NCBI GenBank assembly: GCA_002269645.1
Contig: NIVC01001475.1
Coordinates: 218,488 to 282,487, forward strand
Reading direction: 5' to 3'
Length of the DNA: 64,000 bases
Origin: Macrostomum lignano
Taxonomy: Eukaryota
In this document: positions 9,377 through 29,330 of the stretch, piece by piece
How the letters are laid out: each line of letters begins with the position of its first letter
How positions within the stretch are numbered: position 1 is the first letter of the stretch
Translations under genes and position numbers: made by a program
The notes under the pieces: generated by a model
What the model saw: the letters and a program-made list of their open reading frames with translations, nothing else
What the model was told of the DNA's origin: nothing
Databases searched by the model: none

Positions 9377-11755
9377 CAAATTTTATTTTGTGCTGGTTGT
9401 TGCGGTCATTGTAAACCAAGTCAGTGTGCCTTATTGTTTGTTTATAATTTTTTACGCTTTGTTTTAACAAAAATTATTGACTAAAGCTTCAAAAAATTTA
9501 ACAGCTATAGTTAGAACCGTATTTTGTAACACCGGGCCAGTTCTGAAGCTTATTAATCGGTAAAATAATTACGTCGAATGTTTTATAGCTCGTACGTTCA
9601 TCGCTTTGAAACTGAAATCTTGGCAGATGTTGTATACATTATTGTACATTTGTATTTGCATCGTATTTAATGGTAGTTTCCTCTGGCTTACTACTCAAGG
9701 GCTACAAATGTACTATATTTGTACACCAGCACTCTAGAGAAAGAAAGAAAGAACTAAATATAAGAAATTGTCTATGGGCAAAAACTCCTCATTTTGTAAA
9801 TTGAAAAAAACAGTAACTGATAATATACTACTATTTTTAGGGGTACGACAATATGCCCCGAGTCCTGAGAAAACAAAAAAGCACTCCCCAAAAAAGATTC
9901 GTCATTGGACTGCAGTTTCGCGTGTTAGACCCTTTCTTTTAGTGGATGTGAATATATATATGAAAGAAAAACGACTAAAAATAGAAACAAAAATACCGCG
10001 AGCCGAAACACTGAAGTGTGAGTAAATAAAAAATATGTGAGTACGCCCCCTTGACCCCGCTGTCTTCTGACTTTGCCATAGACATTTACAGCGGGCCGTG
10101 AAGCCTACTGAATGCATTGGAGTAAATGGGATTTTACCATAGACAGTCTCATCAGCGGGCCGTGAAGCGCGGTTTCTCGCCCGCTAACTATAACACTAAT
10201 ATGATCGTTCTACTCGTATGTCGTTTCTGTTCTTGTTGTTTGATAAAAAATAAGAATGATAAATGAACTCGTCTATGACAATAATCGAATATTTAGCTCA
10301 TCTCGTGATATTAATACACAAGCTGAAAACGATTCAATCGCCATTCTTCAACCTCTCGGTGTAATTCCGACACATCAGATCAGTATAGCGAATAGGAGAG
10401 AGAGAGAGATACGGAGAGTACAGTGGCAGTTGAAAGCGCTGTTCTGCGCTGAAAGTCGAGGGAACTGAAGGTGAGTCCGGGCCCCATCAAAGATAACCAC
10501 CGAATCAGCCTCCACCAGAACGTCCAGCATTACTCTGGACGTTAAACTGTTCTCACAACAGGCTGATCTCGATGAGTCCATCCTTGAGTTCTCGCCGTCC
10601 AAATTTTCAATCCAAACTCTTTGAAGTTTAGAAGTAAGCTTATAAAGTCACCAATTACTGTCTCTAGTCTAGGGGACGAAATGCTTTGCAAACTGGACAA
10701 CGAAACTGTCTATGGCATTATCTATAAATTTAGCTCCCATAAAGAACAGTAGCGGTAGAAAAAGGTAGTTATATGTCACGAAAGCTGGCAGGGGACAAGT
10801 GTCCTATATTTAACTACCGTTATTTACTTTTGAGTTTTTGCCATTTGTCCCGTTGTTATATTGTCATTACCAAATCATCAGTATTACATGTACTTATAAA
10901 TGACAAAGTATCTATTTACTGAGGGAAGAAAGAATCAAATAAACATATTGCTTTCTTGTCGCATCTTCGTAACCTGTACGAGTGTATATTGAGCATCGTT
11001 TTATTGTCGGATTTGATTAATTCTATTAGAAAGCAAAAACGGCATTCGATGTTCGATCTACGCAGACTATTCTACAGACTATTAAATACTTCATAAAAAC
11101 GAGATGTAAGCATAAAGATTATCTCTTCTTATCAAAAATAAAAGATCAACATAAAATTATCAAATTAATTTCTCTCAGAGGTCAAATTTGGTTAGTTCAA
11201 TGCGAAGTTGAAAATGTGTTTTTTTTCAGTGAAAACATATTCAGTTTTAAGTAAAATGAGTATTCTAATACTTTTAGTCGGATCACAGCAAGACGAAAAA
11301 TTTATATAGCAAAAAGTTATCATTGATACATTGATATAATAACACGAATAATACATACAGCTACATCATTATATTGTTAGTTATGTGAATGTTATAACAG
11401 GTCGCAACAAAGGACAGTAATGTTAAAGATAAATGTCTTTAATTGGCAGTTTCATATTGTGTAGCTCATCAAATAATCACGAATAAACAAAATAGCTTTG
11501 TTTTTTTACTGGATTTGGTTTGTTTAGTTTTTAGTAGTTTAACGCCAACTTGCTACTAAAAGTACTGCCTGCCCTCTGCCGAGTTGACAGGCGATGACTG
11601 GCCCTGCAAAATCAAGGGAGGAAAAGGTTCATGTTTGAAATTCAAGCCTTTCTTCTTTTCGTTTCTCTATTCAAATACTGTAATATTTGTCGTGCAGCAC
11701 ATATTTGTTTATCTCTAGTCATTGTTAATACTGCAGTAGCCACACAATGCCATTA

Positions 11756-17976
<6,221 letters not shown>

Positions 17977-18954
17977 TGTTAGCACAAAATAACAGTGAAT
18001 TCTTGTGATCTTAACTAATTGTAGCGATATAAAATGTTGATTTAAAAAATCTCAAATCAAGTTTTGTCCTCCCTTAACGGGCTTATATAAATGATTTTGT
18101 TTCCACAAATAGAAACAACTCAACTGCGCCGTGGCCCAAACAGCTCGCCCACTAAAGTGGCCCATCGGTGTTTTGAGGTGTAGTGGCCATCTTTTGTCTC
18201 TCATTCATTGTTCATCGTTCATTCATTCGAGCGAGTAAGCAATTGGATAGGGCCGCAGGGCCCTCAGCTGCCGACACACCAAAAATGGTAGCCTAGCTTA
18301 GCCAGATCAGTTTTCCTACATCATGCCCTCACCTACTCGTAGAAAACAATATATGAATCGGGGAGTTGGGGTTGGGCGACCGTTGACGTAAACTGGCCCT
18401 GTTTTTCTTCATCTGAAGCTCTTCTCTCTTTAACAGAATTCAAAGTGGGTTGTTGATTGTGTGTTATTAGTCCACCGCCCCCCACCCTGTTTACCTGCCA
18501 GAATTAACTGGGTGGGTCACTGTAGTCTCTCCAGTTTTTTCAAAGAGGTGAAGAAGCAGTTGAACCCACCCTTCCACCCAATTGTGCTTTTGATCTTGGC
18601 CTATAAATTCTCAAATAGTAGCTAGATAGATAACTGCATGTTCTTAGCCATGGAGAGCTTAAATGAGCCTTCTGGAAAGGAAATATTCTCTTTTTCTAAA
18701 AACAAATTTTAGTATTAATTTGGCATGAAAATTTTCATCAGACCTGTATATTGTATAATCATGAGCTTATAGAGACACATCTACACATTCCTATCGATTA
18801 CAAAGTCATGATTAATGACTTTACAACGGCCATTTTCTAGGGCCGTTGTTCACCCTGTGTGGGCGTGTGTATGGGTGCTCAGGATTCATCGGAATGAGCG
18901 ACTGATTGCTTCCCTGTTGGCTGCAACTTTTTTTAACCTTGATTTAAGAATCTG

Positions 18955-19320
18955 CATTTTCTAGGAATCTTCATTTTCTAGGAATCTCAATTTTCTAGGA
19001 ATCTGAGTTTTTAGGCAGCTGAATTTTCTAGGAATCAGCATTTTCTAGGAATCTCAATTTTCTAGGAATCTGAGTTTTTATGCAGCTGCATTTTCTAGGA
19101 ATCAGCATTTTCTAGGAATCTCAATTTTCTAGGAATCTGAGTTTTTAGGCAGCTGCATTTTCTAGGAATCTGCATTTTCTAGGAATCTCAATTTTCTAAG
19201 AAACTGAGTTTTTTAGGCAGCTGCATTTTCTAGGAATCTGCATTTTTTAGGAATCTGTATTTTCTAGGAATTTGCACTTTCTAGGAATTAGAATTTTCTA
19301 GAAACATTTACTTTCTATAG
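18955..19320. repeat. 17-bp minisatellite (TTTTCTAGGAATCTGCA-like)
   Basis: tctagga recurs at 17-bp period (19027, 19044, 19061). Confidence 0.9.
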
Positions 19321-19931
19321 GAAGCTGCATTTTCTATCAATCTGAATCATTTGTAACTAGCAAATGCCAAATTCACCAAGCCGCACAGTTTCCAATCCGG
19401 ATAGCTAATTAATTTTAGAACTCCATGACTGAAGACTTGTCGTCGAGACTCTTCGCCCGAGAATTCAAGGGCCGCACTAACTGCGGCAGCACACACCCAG
19501 CAGAGGCACGTGCGCACAATGGGGGTCTTGACCTGTCTAAGAGCTACGAAAATAATACAGATTATCCCTTTCCTATGAGAATCTTTTACAGAAAAAGAAA
19601 AACGATGGCTAAACTTGCCAAAACAAGCGTTTTCTGCCTAACTTCAATTCTTCTCATTTTTTCATAGCTAGCCAAAGTTTCTCATTAGCGATAGTCAAAG
19701 TTTTTCATCGTTGTACGAGCTATTTCGGCTATTTAACTGCCAACTGCGCACTAAGAATTGTACTTGTAGGCGCGCTAGCTCCAGATTTCAGAAAAGATAA
19801 GCACTCCCTTCGTGTGTCAATCCGATATGAAGCCACGCAGTAAAATTGCATCATTACCTCTGCTCATTAAAGTTGTTGAAAAAAACGCCAAAAATGATTT
19901 TGACGCAAAAATTAAGACTTGGACAGCTCAC

Positions 19932-20515
19932 CCGAAATAGAACTTAGCTCATGTACGCCGAAATAGAACTTAGCTCATGTACACCGAAATAGAACTTAGC
20001 TCATGTACACCGAAATAGAACTTAGCTCATGTACACCGAAATAGAACTTAGCTCATGTACACCGAAATAGAACTTAGCTCATGTACACCGAAATAGAACT
20101 TAGCTCATGTACGCCGAAATAGAACTTAGCTCATGTACGCCGAAATAGATGCTTGGAGAGCTCATGGACGCCAAAATAGGTACTTTGACAGCTCATAGAC
20201 GCCGAAATAGGACTGAGCTCATGGACGCCGAAATAGATACTTGGAGAGCTCATAGAGATAGATACTTGGACAGTTCCTGGACGCCAAAATAGAACTTGAA
20301 TCATGGAAGCCGAAATAGATATCTGAGCAACTCATGGACGCCGAAGTGACTACTTGGACAACTCATGGATACCAAAATAGAACTTAGATCATGGACGTCA
20401 AAGAAGATATATAGGCAGTTCAAGGACGCCGAAACACGGAGTTTTTAAGTGTAGTTCTTAAGTACTTCTGTAGTGTATGCGCCAAAATAAAGTTTCTACA
20501 GCTCATAGACGCAAA
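19932..20515. repeat. 26-bp minisatellite decaying rightwards
   Basis: CCGAAATAGAACTTAGCTCATGTAC(A/G) about 8 times, then degenerate gctcatggacgcc.aaatag copies. Confidence 0.9.
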
Positions 20516-20740
20516 AGTACATTAAAAACAAAGTAAAATCATGGTTTCACTGAGTTATAGCGCTTTACAAAACTGTTTAGCCTTACAATTATATCTACTA
20601 GCACAGTAAGTAGTATGGCAAGAGCTGCTTTGTTGAGCAGACAGACAATTATTATTTTTTTTTTCACGATTAAGCGACTAAACTCACGACTGATATTTCA
20701 TCTTATGTACGTGTAATTCATCAAAACTGTTCACTGAGCT

Positions 20741-21160
20741 GTTCACGGTACTGCAACTCATCAGAACAGCTGTTCACGGTACTGTAACTCATCAGAACAG
20801 CCGTTCACGGTACTGTAACTCATCAGAACAGCCGTTCACGGTACTGTAACTCATCAGAACAGCCGTTCACGGTACTGTAACTCATCAGAACAGCCGTTCA
20901 CGGTACTGTAACTCATCAGAACAGCCGTTCACGGTACTGTAACTCATCAGAACAGCCGTTCACGGTACTGTAACTCATCAGAACAGCCGTTTACGGTACT
21001 GTAACTCATCAGAACAGCCGTTCACGGTACTGTAACTCATCAGAACAGCCGTTCACGGTACTGTAACTCATCAGAACAGCCGTTTACGGTACTGTAACTC
21101 ATCAGAACAGCCGTTCACGGTACTGTAACTCATCAGAACAGCCGTTCACGGAACTGTAAC
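20741..21160. repeat. 31-bp minisatellite
   Basis: GTTCACGGTACTGTAACTCATCAGAACAGCC, about 13 copies. Confidence 0.95.
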
Positions 21161-21727
21161 TCACCAGCACTGCTCATGATGGTGTAACTAGTTGCAGAAA
21201 ATTACATTCCTGAACTATAATAACCTAAAGCAAGTTGCACTTTTTAACTGCACGGAATTACAAGGAACCTACAAATCATTTCGATTAATAGTGAAACACA
21301 GTGAGCCCGTTGCCCAGCTCCAGCCCAAAAAAATCGATGAGGATGCTCTCGAGCAGCACTTAGTAACTTTGAGCAACTGTGTGCGACTCGGGAAGATGAA
21401 TAATTGCTTTTTGTGGGAGGAGAATATTGTGGGGCTTGGGACTCGCGACTCTCGTCATTAGGACTGAGGATCGTGAGCTGGGGAATTATTCCATAGTTAA
21501 TTAACAAACGTAGCTCGCCGTAACTACTAAAACCCAAAGGGGATTGCGCTCGTGTGTCGCTCGTATATTCCCACTGAGATGACGGTATTGACTTTATTGA
21601 GCTTGGCTGTTGCAGAGACAGCTGCCGCACTTCCTTGGTTTTTTAAAATAGATTAATTGTCTGATCCTATTAATTTTTGATAGTCAATTTTCGTTCATTC
21701 CGTGTTAATATTTATCTTTCCCGTCGA

Positions 21728-21997
21728 ATCCTCTGATCCCATAATCACTTATTGGGGATCAAATCCTCTGATCCCATAATCAGTTATTGTGGATCAAATC
21801 CTCTGATCCCATATTCCCTTATTGTGGATCAAATCCTCTGATTCCATAATCCCTTATTGGGGATCAAATCCTCTGATTCCATAATCCCTTATTGGGGATC
21901 AAATCCTCTGATCCCATAATCCCTTATTGGGGATCAAATCCTCTGATCCCATAATCCCTTATTGGGGATCGAATCCTCTGATCCCATGTTCCCTTAT
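21728..21997. repeat. 35-bp minisatellite
   Basis: GATCAAATCCTCTGATCCCATAATCCCTTATTGGG tandem copies. Confidence 0.92.
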
Positions 21998-22579
21998 TCG
22001 GCAATAAATGCTCTTATCCCGTATTCCGTATTTCGATTAAAATCCCCTATCCCAGATCCCATATTTCGGGAAGATTCCCAGCTTTCAACATTCATCCAAA
22101 AATTAATCTTGATTCCGGACACAGATTTCGAAATTTTTGTTGAAATCTTTGCTACTCTACATGTACCCGTATGTAATTGAGTCTAGAATCTAGAAATCTA
22201 GAATCTCGCGTCAAATATTTGAGCTCAAAGTCAGAAATATGAGCTTACTGCGAGCACTGCAAACAAGATTTCATCTCAATTTTTCTCAGTCGAAAATATT
22301 CTTAACCCGCTCCCTTTGCGTAGCGACGCTCGCTTCTAAAATCCATCTCAAGTAGTGTCAAGTAACCCGTACGTGCTCCCTAATCAGCCTCACTTGTGCC
22401 CGAGAACTCTCTGCTAAACACCAATCATTTCTCAACATTTTCCCCCTTAGATGGGCCGGGCTTCACAATCAGGATGGTTACTGGCGACAACTGCTTTTTT
22501 CCTGGAAATGTCGCAACTTTCAACTTTTTTCTCTTAGTAGGAATCGAGAGAATAAGTTTATTAGCATAGCGTGGTCTCT

Positions 22580-23272
22580 GGTGCTGGCGCCCCTGGTGCT
22601 GGCGCCCCTGGTGCTGGCGCCCCTGGTGCTGGCGCCCCTGGTGCTGGCGCCCCTGGTGCTGGCGCCCCTGGTGCTGGCGCCCCTGGTGCTGGCGCCCCTG
22701 GTGCTGGCGCCCCTGGTGCTGGCGCCCCTGGTGCTGGCGCCCCTGGTGCTGGCGCCCCTGGTGCTGGCGCCCCTGGTGCTGGCGCCCCTGGTGCTGGCGC
22801 CCCTGGTGCTGGCGCCCCTGGTGCTGGCGCCCCTGGTGCTGGCGCCCCTGGTGCTGGCGCCCCTGGTGCTGGCGCCCCTGGTGCTGGCGCCCCTGGTGCT
22901 GGCGCCCCTGGTGCTGGCGCCCCTGGTGCTGGCGCCCCTGGTGCTGGCGCCCCTGGTGCTGGCGCCCCTGGTTCTGCGCCCCTGGTTCTGGCGCCCCTGG
23001 TGCTCTACAGAATGAAGAACATAAACTTTAGAATGAAGAACACAAACTGTAGAATGAAGGACACAAACGGTAGGATGAAGGACACAAGCGGTAGAATGAA
23101 GACACAAAATTTAGAATGAAGGACACAAACTGTAGAATGAAGGACACAAACTGTAGAATGAAGGACACAAACTGTAGAATGAAGGACACAAACGGTAGAA
23201 TGAAGACACAAAATTCAGAATAAAGGACACAAAATTTTGAATAAAGGACACAAACTGTAGAATGAAGGACAC
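22580..23272. repeat. Perfect 15-bp array followed by a ~21-bp array
   Basis: GGTGCTGGCGCCCCT about 26 times (22580-23000), then TAGAATGAAGGACACAAACTG-like units (23005-23272). Confidence 0.95.
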
Positions 23273-23659
23273 CAATTCCTCTTCAAAAGTGTTTTTCAGA
23301 AACATCCCAGTAAAGTGCGTTGGGTTGAGAAGCTCGAACTATGGGCTTCATCAGATAGGTTTGTGACGCCAGCTAATGCGTTTCTCTTTGCCACCCCATT
23401 AGTTCTAATGAGAGGCGTGTAGAAAAATATCGATGCAGTCGGTTGTGTCCCAGTCTCACAGCTTCATCTTTTTCACACTTTCATCCCGTTGACAGGCCCC
23501 CGCAAGATGTAGCTTAGAACAGGCACGGGTACAAAGTCCCTAGACTGCAAAGTGCTTTTAAACCTCTGTTGTAACATTTTTTTAATTCAGAAATGTTGCA
23601 ATATGTCCTGAAAATTGTCTGGAACCTGCTAAAGAACAGATTGAATACAAATTGAAAGC

Positions 23660-24036
<377 letters not shown>

Positions 24037-24541
24037 GGCTACAGCTGTAAAGAGAATAACCAACCGACCCGGTGTTCACTAAAAATCGAACATTTTACTC
24101 TTTGCACTTGTTTTCAAAGGCGTAGAAGTATTGTTGGCTACACCGAAATTCGATTAGTCAAATGCAGGGAACTAACGAGAAAACTGCAGCACAAAGTCCA
24201 GTAAAAGTGCATGCTATACGAGGCGCGCGCTGGGCGGAAGACAATCAGGCAGCGCTCGCTCCCAAAAAAAACTGTGCAAAACCCGTTTGCGAAGTTTTTG
24301 CTGATTCTATTAGCACCCGTCAGCTCTATTTTCGCAGCTTGTCACGGGCTAAGCAAGGGGAGCTCAGACTCATTAAATCAGCGAGTTCTGTACCTATCTA
24401 TCCCCTTCTTCTCACCCATTCTTCATCGCGAAGCCCCACCCTCCCTGCAGCCTCCGCAATCTCTGCGTCGTCCACCCCCGCGGCGGTGCCTTATTCTCCA
24501 GAGGGTCTAATTAATGTGATTTGCATTCCGATGGGGTGGGG

Positions 24542-24924
<383 letters not shown>

Positions 24925-25159
24925 CGATGTTTAGCGAAAAAAATTACTTCACAAATAGTTGAAAATTTTGTGTTCTTGAAAAAATTATAACCTTAAAATT
25001 CAAACTTTTTGCGCAGTTTATTTTGTTGGTCTTGCATTTGGAAAAACAATGTTTGCAAAATATGTGCTTAGAAAAATACTTTGTGCAGATTGGTGCGTAT
25101 TAAAAATGCTGCTACAGTTCCATGGAAAACATTCGCAAGATCCGTTTGTGTCCCAACCA

Positions 25160-26670
25160 TAACCCCAGTCAGTTTGTGTCTCAACCCCCCCCCAACCCCA
25201 GTCAGTTTGTGTCTCAACCCCTCCCCCCAACCCCAGTCAGTTTGTGTCTCAACCCCCCCCCAACCCCAGTCAGTTTGAGCCCCAACCCCCCAACCCCAGT
25301 CAGTTTATTCCCCAACCCCTCAACCCCAGTCAGTTAGTGCCACAACCTTAGTCAGTTTGAGCCCCAACCCCAGTCAGTTTGAGCCCCAACCCCAGTCAGT
25401 TTGAGGCCCAACCCCAGTCAGTTTGAGGCCCAACCCCAGTCAGTTAGTGCCCCAACCTCCCAACCTCAGTCAGTTAGTGCCCCAACCCCAGTCAGTTAGT
25501 GCCCCAACCCCAGTCAGTTAGTGCCCCAACCCCAGTCAGTTAGTGCCCCAACCCCAGTCAGTTAGTGCCCCAACCCCTAACCCCAGTCAGTTAGTGCCCC
25601 AAGCCCAGTCAGTTAGTGCCCCAACCCCTAACCCCAGTCAGTTAGTGCCCCAACCCCTAACCCCAGTCAGTTAGTGCCCCAACCCCAGTCAGTTAGTGCC
25701 CCAACCCCTAACCCCAGTCAGTTAGTGCCCCAACCCCCAACTCCAGTCAGTTTGAGCCCCAAGCCCAGTCAGTTAGTGCCCCAACCCCTAACCCCAGTCA
25801 GTTAGTGCCCCAACCCCTAACCCCAGTCAGTTAGTGCCCCAACCCCCAACCCCAGTCAGTTTGAGCCCCAACCCCAGTCAGTTTGAGGCCCAACCCCAGT
25901 CAGTTAGTGCCCCAACCCCCAACCCCAGTCAGTTTGAGCCCCAACCCCAGTCAGTTTGAGGCCCAACCCCAGTCAGTTTGAGGCCCAACCCCAGTCAGTT
26001 AGTGCCCCAACCTCCCAACCCGAGTCAGTTAGTGCCCCAACCCCAGTCAGTTAGTGCCCCAACCCCTAACCCCAGTCAGTTTGAGCCCCAACCCCAGTCA
26101 GTTTGAGGCCCAACCCCAGTCAGTTAGTGCCCCAACCCCCCAACCTTAGTCAGTTTGAGCCCCAACCCCAGTCAGTTAGTGCCCTAACCCCAGTCAGTTT
26201 GAGGCCCAACCCCAGTCAGTTTGAGGCCCAACCCCAGTCAGTTTGAGGCCCAACCCCAGTCAGTTTGAGCCCCAACCCCAGTCAGTTAGTGCCCCAACCT
26301 CCCAACCCCAGTCAGTTAGTGCCCCAACCCCAGTCAGTTAGTGCCCCAACCCCAGTCAGTTAGTGCCCCAACCCCCCAACCCCAGTCAGTTAGTGCCCCA
26401 ACCCCAGTCAGTTAGTGCCCCAACCCCAGTCAGTTAGTGCCCCAACCCCAGTCAGTTAGTGCCCCAACCCCCCAACCCCAGTCAGTTAGTGCCCCAACCC
26501 CCCAACCCCAGTCAGTTAGTGCCCCAACAACCCCCCAACCCCAGTCAGTTAGTGCCCCAACCCCCAACCCCAGTCAGTTAGTGCCCCAACCCCCCAACCC
26601 CAGTCAGTTAGTGCCCCAACCCCCAACCCCAGTCAGATTGAGCCCCAACCCCCAACCATAGTCAGTTGGT
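25160..26670. repeat. C-rich 22/29-bp minisatellite
   Basis: CCCCAACCCCAGTCAGTTAGTG with extra CCCCAA/CCCTAA inserts. Confidence 0.95.
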
Positions 26671-26882
26671 GCTCTTAATTATAATGCTTATAAAGATAAA
26701 CGATCGATAGTCTATATAGCTAGATAATCTGGCAGGATCTACTCGTATATACGAACTTCAAGCAGTTTGTCTAGCAGTTTGTCATAGCAATGTATACATG
26801 CAAGCATGCATTCAGAAATTGGCATTGAGAAAATGCAGTGCGGAGAGTCTTCCATAGCTTACAGTGCTTTCACATCCGGCAG

Positions 26883-27011
26883 CTACCACCAGGATTTGAA
26901 CACGTCGCCCATAGCCAGAATTATAAATATTGTTATGGCCATGGCTATGCAGGTAATTATAGCGATGAAGATTTGAAATTTTGTCTCGCAGCAGCACTTC
27001 ACCCAGGCCAT
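26883..27011 (-). CDS. Candidate 42-aa single-pass membrane microprotein
   Basis: MAWVKCCCETKFQIFIAIITCIAMAITIFIILAMGDVFKSWW*. The start has ACAATGG context with an in-frame upstream TAA. It lies in a putative exon 27047..26863 bounded by a pyrimidine-rich ...ATATAG acceptor and a GTAAGC donor. Confidence 0.5.
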   Translation of the reverse strand: MAWVKCCCETKFQIFIAIITCIAMAITIFIILAMGDVFKSWW

Positions 27012-27237
27012 TGTTTGTGTTTATTTGGTTAGCAACTACAGGTGTAGCTATATTCGGTAACAAGAGAACAGGGGGATGGCAGATTTGCAAAGTTTACTCA
27101 TATATGTTTCTTCCCATCCAATCTGAGCTCAGCAATTCGGCTGACCAATCGAAGGGATGCAGAGTAGCAGCTTAGCGATTGACACTCGTGCTGCTGTAGC
27201 ACGGGTGCCACAGTACCCGGATCACATTAATTTGGGG

Positions 27238-27546
<309 letters not shown>

Positions 27547-28100
27547 ATAGCAATCTCTGTATCAATTACGAGTATTTTATTGACTTCTATAACTTGGCAA
27601 AAGTATGGGAGAAAAAGCGTATACATCACAGGAGAAGCTATTTGCTTGAACGGGATGGGCTGTGAAGCAAGCGAGGGAAACCTCGGAGAAGCATTGAGAT
27701 TGAGACTAATGGCGTTCTGGACAGCAGGAAAGAAACCGTAGCCATGCAGGATGTAAAATTGATCCTGGGAAGTGAGTTGGCAAGAAAATCCCCTACTGCA
27801 CTATTGCTGCTGCTGCTGCTGTCTTAGTCAATACTTTTCTCTTACCTTAGCAGCTAGCTACGAACGATAGCTAAATACGATTAATACTTTTTCTATAGTC
27901 ACTATTTTTCATGTCAGCCTCTATCAGCTGATCAGCTTCCGCCGCACCTAAGGTCTAATCGAATAGGCTATGTTACTATTAGCTACAGTGTATTAATCAG
28001 CAAACCATTCCATAAATACATAGTTTTAGCTCATTTCTAAATTGGAAGACAATGACTTTTTATCTATTAGCCTTGGTCACTTCCAGTCCTTAGTCAAATA

Positions 28101-28966
28101 ATCATCCTTATCAGTGTTCGTCACTCCCTTATCACTCCCCAGTTAACTAAATCATCCTTATCAGTGTTCGTCACTCCCTTATCACTCCCCAGTTAACTAA
28201 ATCATCCTTATCAGTGTTCGTCACTCCCTTATCACTCCCCAGTTAACTAAATCATCCTTATCAGTGTTCGTCACTCCCTTATCCCTCCCCAGTTAACTAA
28301 ATCATCCTTATCAGTGTTCGTCACTCCCTTATCACTCCCTAATTAACTAATCATCCTTATCAGTGTTCGTCACTCCTTTATCACTCCCCAGTTAACTAAT
28401 CATCCTTATCAGTGTTCGTCACTCCTTCATCACTCCCTAATTAACTAATCATCCTTATCAGTGTTCGTCACTCCCTTATCACTCCCTAATTAACTAATCA
28501 TGCTTATCAGTGTTCGTCACTCCCTTATCACTCCCCAGTTAACTAAATCATCCTTATCAGTGTTCGTCACTCCTTTATCACTCCCTAATTAACTAATCAT
28601 GCTTATCAGTGTTCGTCACTCCCTTATCACTCCCTAATTAACTAATCATCCTTATCAGTGTTCGTCACTCCCTTATCACTCCCTAATTAACTAATCATGC
28701 TTATCAGTGTTCGTCACTCCCTTATCACTCCCTAATTATCTAATCATCCTTATCAGTGTTCGTCACTCCCTTATCACTCCCTAATTAACTAATCATGCTT
28801 ATCAGTGTTCGTCACTCCCTTATCACTCCCTAATTAACTAATCATGCTTATCAGTGTTCGTCACTCCCTTATCACTCCCTAATTAACTAATCATCCTTAT
28901 CAGTGTTCGTCACTCCCTTATCACTCCCTAATTAACTAATCATGCTTATCAGTGTTCGTCACTCCC
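28101..28966. repeat. 49-50-bp minisatellite
   Basis: ATCATCCTTATCAGTGTTCGTCACTCCCTTATCACTCCCCAGTTAACTAA, about 17 copies. Confidence 0.95.
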
Positions 28967-29330
28967 ACTCCATGATTAATTATCTAATTACCGGATAAGT
29001 CCCGAATAATCTTCATCACTTCAAGTCTCGTGCCCCCGTCTTCGGGCCCAGCCTCAACAGCAGCTATAGCTAACCCATCTTGCGCATAGTCGGCAAACTT
29101 AGTCGCTTGCAATGTAGCAGAGTTTTAAGAGAGAAAAGACCAGATTCTAGCTATGGAGGCAAGAAAAAGGCAGACTCCCAAAGCCTGCACTCTGTCAGCT
29201 CGCTACCGAACTGCGCATTGTAGGGCACAGCCTACATGTATATAAATTCGATACCAAGGATAGAAAGCTTTGCAGCTAAGAGAATTCAACCCTTTAATAA
29301 TAAACTCCAATTCTATTATCTCCAACCACA

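Noticed and set aside
19932-20515. CRISPR-like look (conserved core with variable linkers)
   Set aside because: The linkers are short, mutually related decay products of the adjacent 26-bp satellite. The context is eukaryotic and there are no cas genes.
22520-23119. GAPGA elastin/silk-like ORF
   Set aside because: It is a perfect 15-bp DNA repeat with no synonymous variation, open in several frames, with no signal peptide or convincing splice sites.
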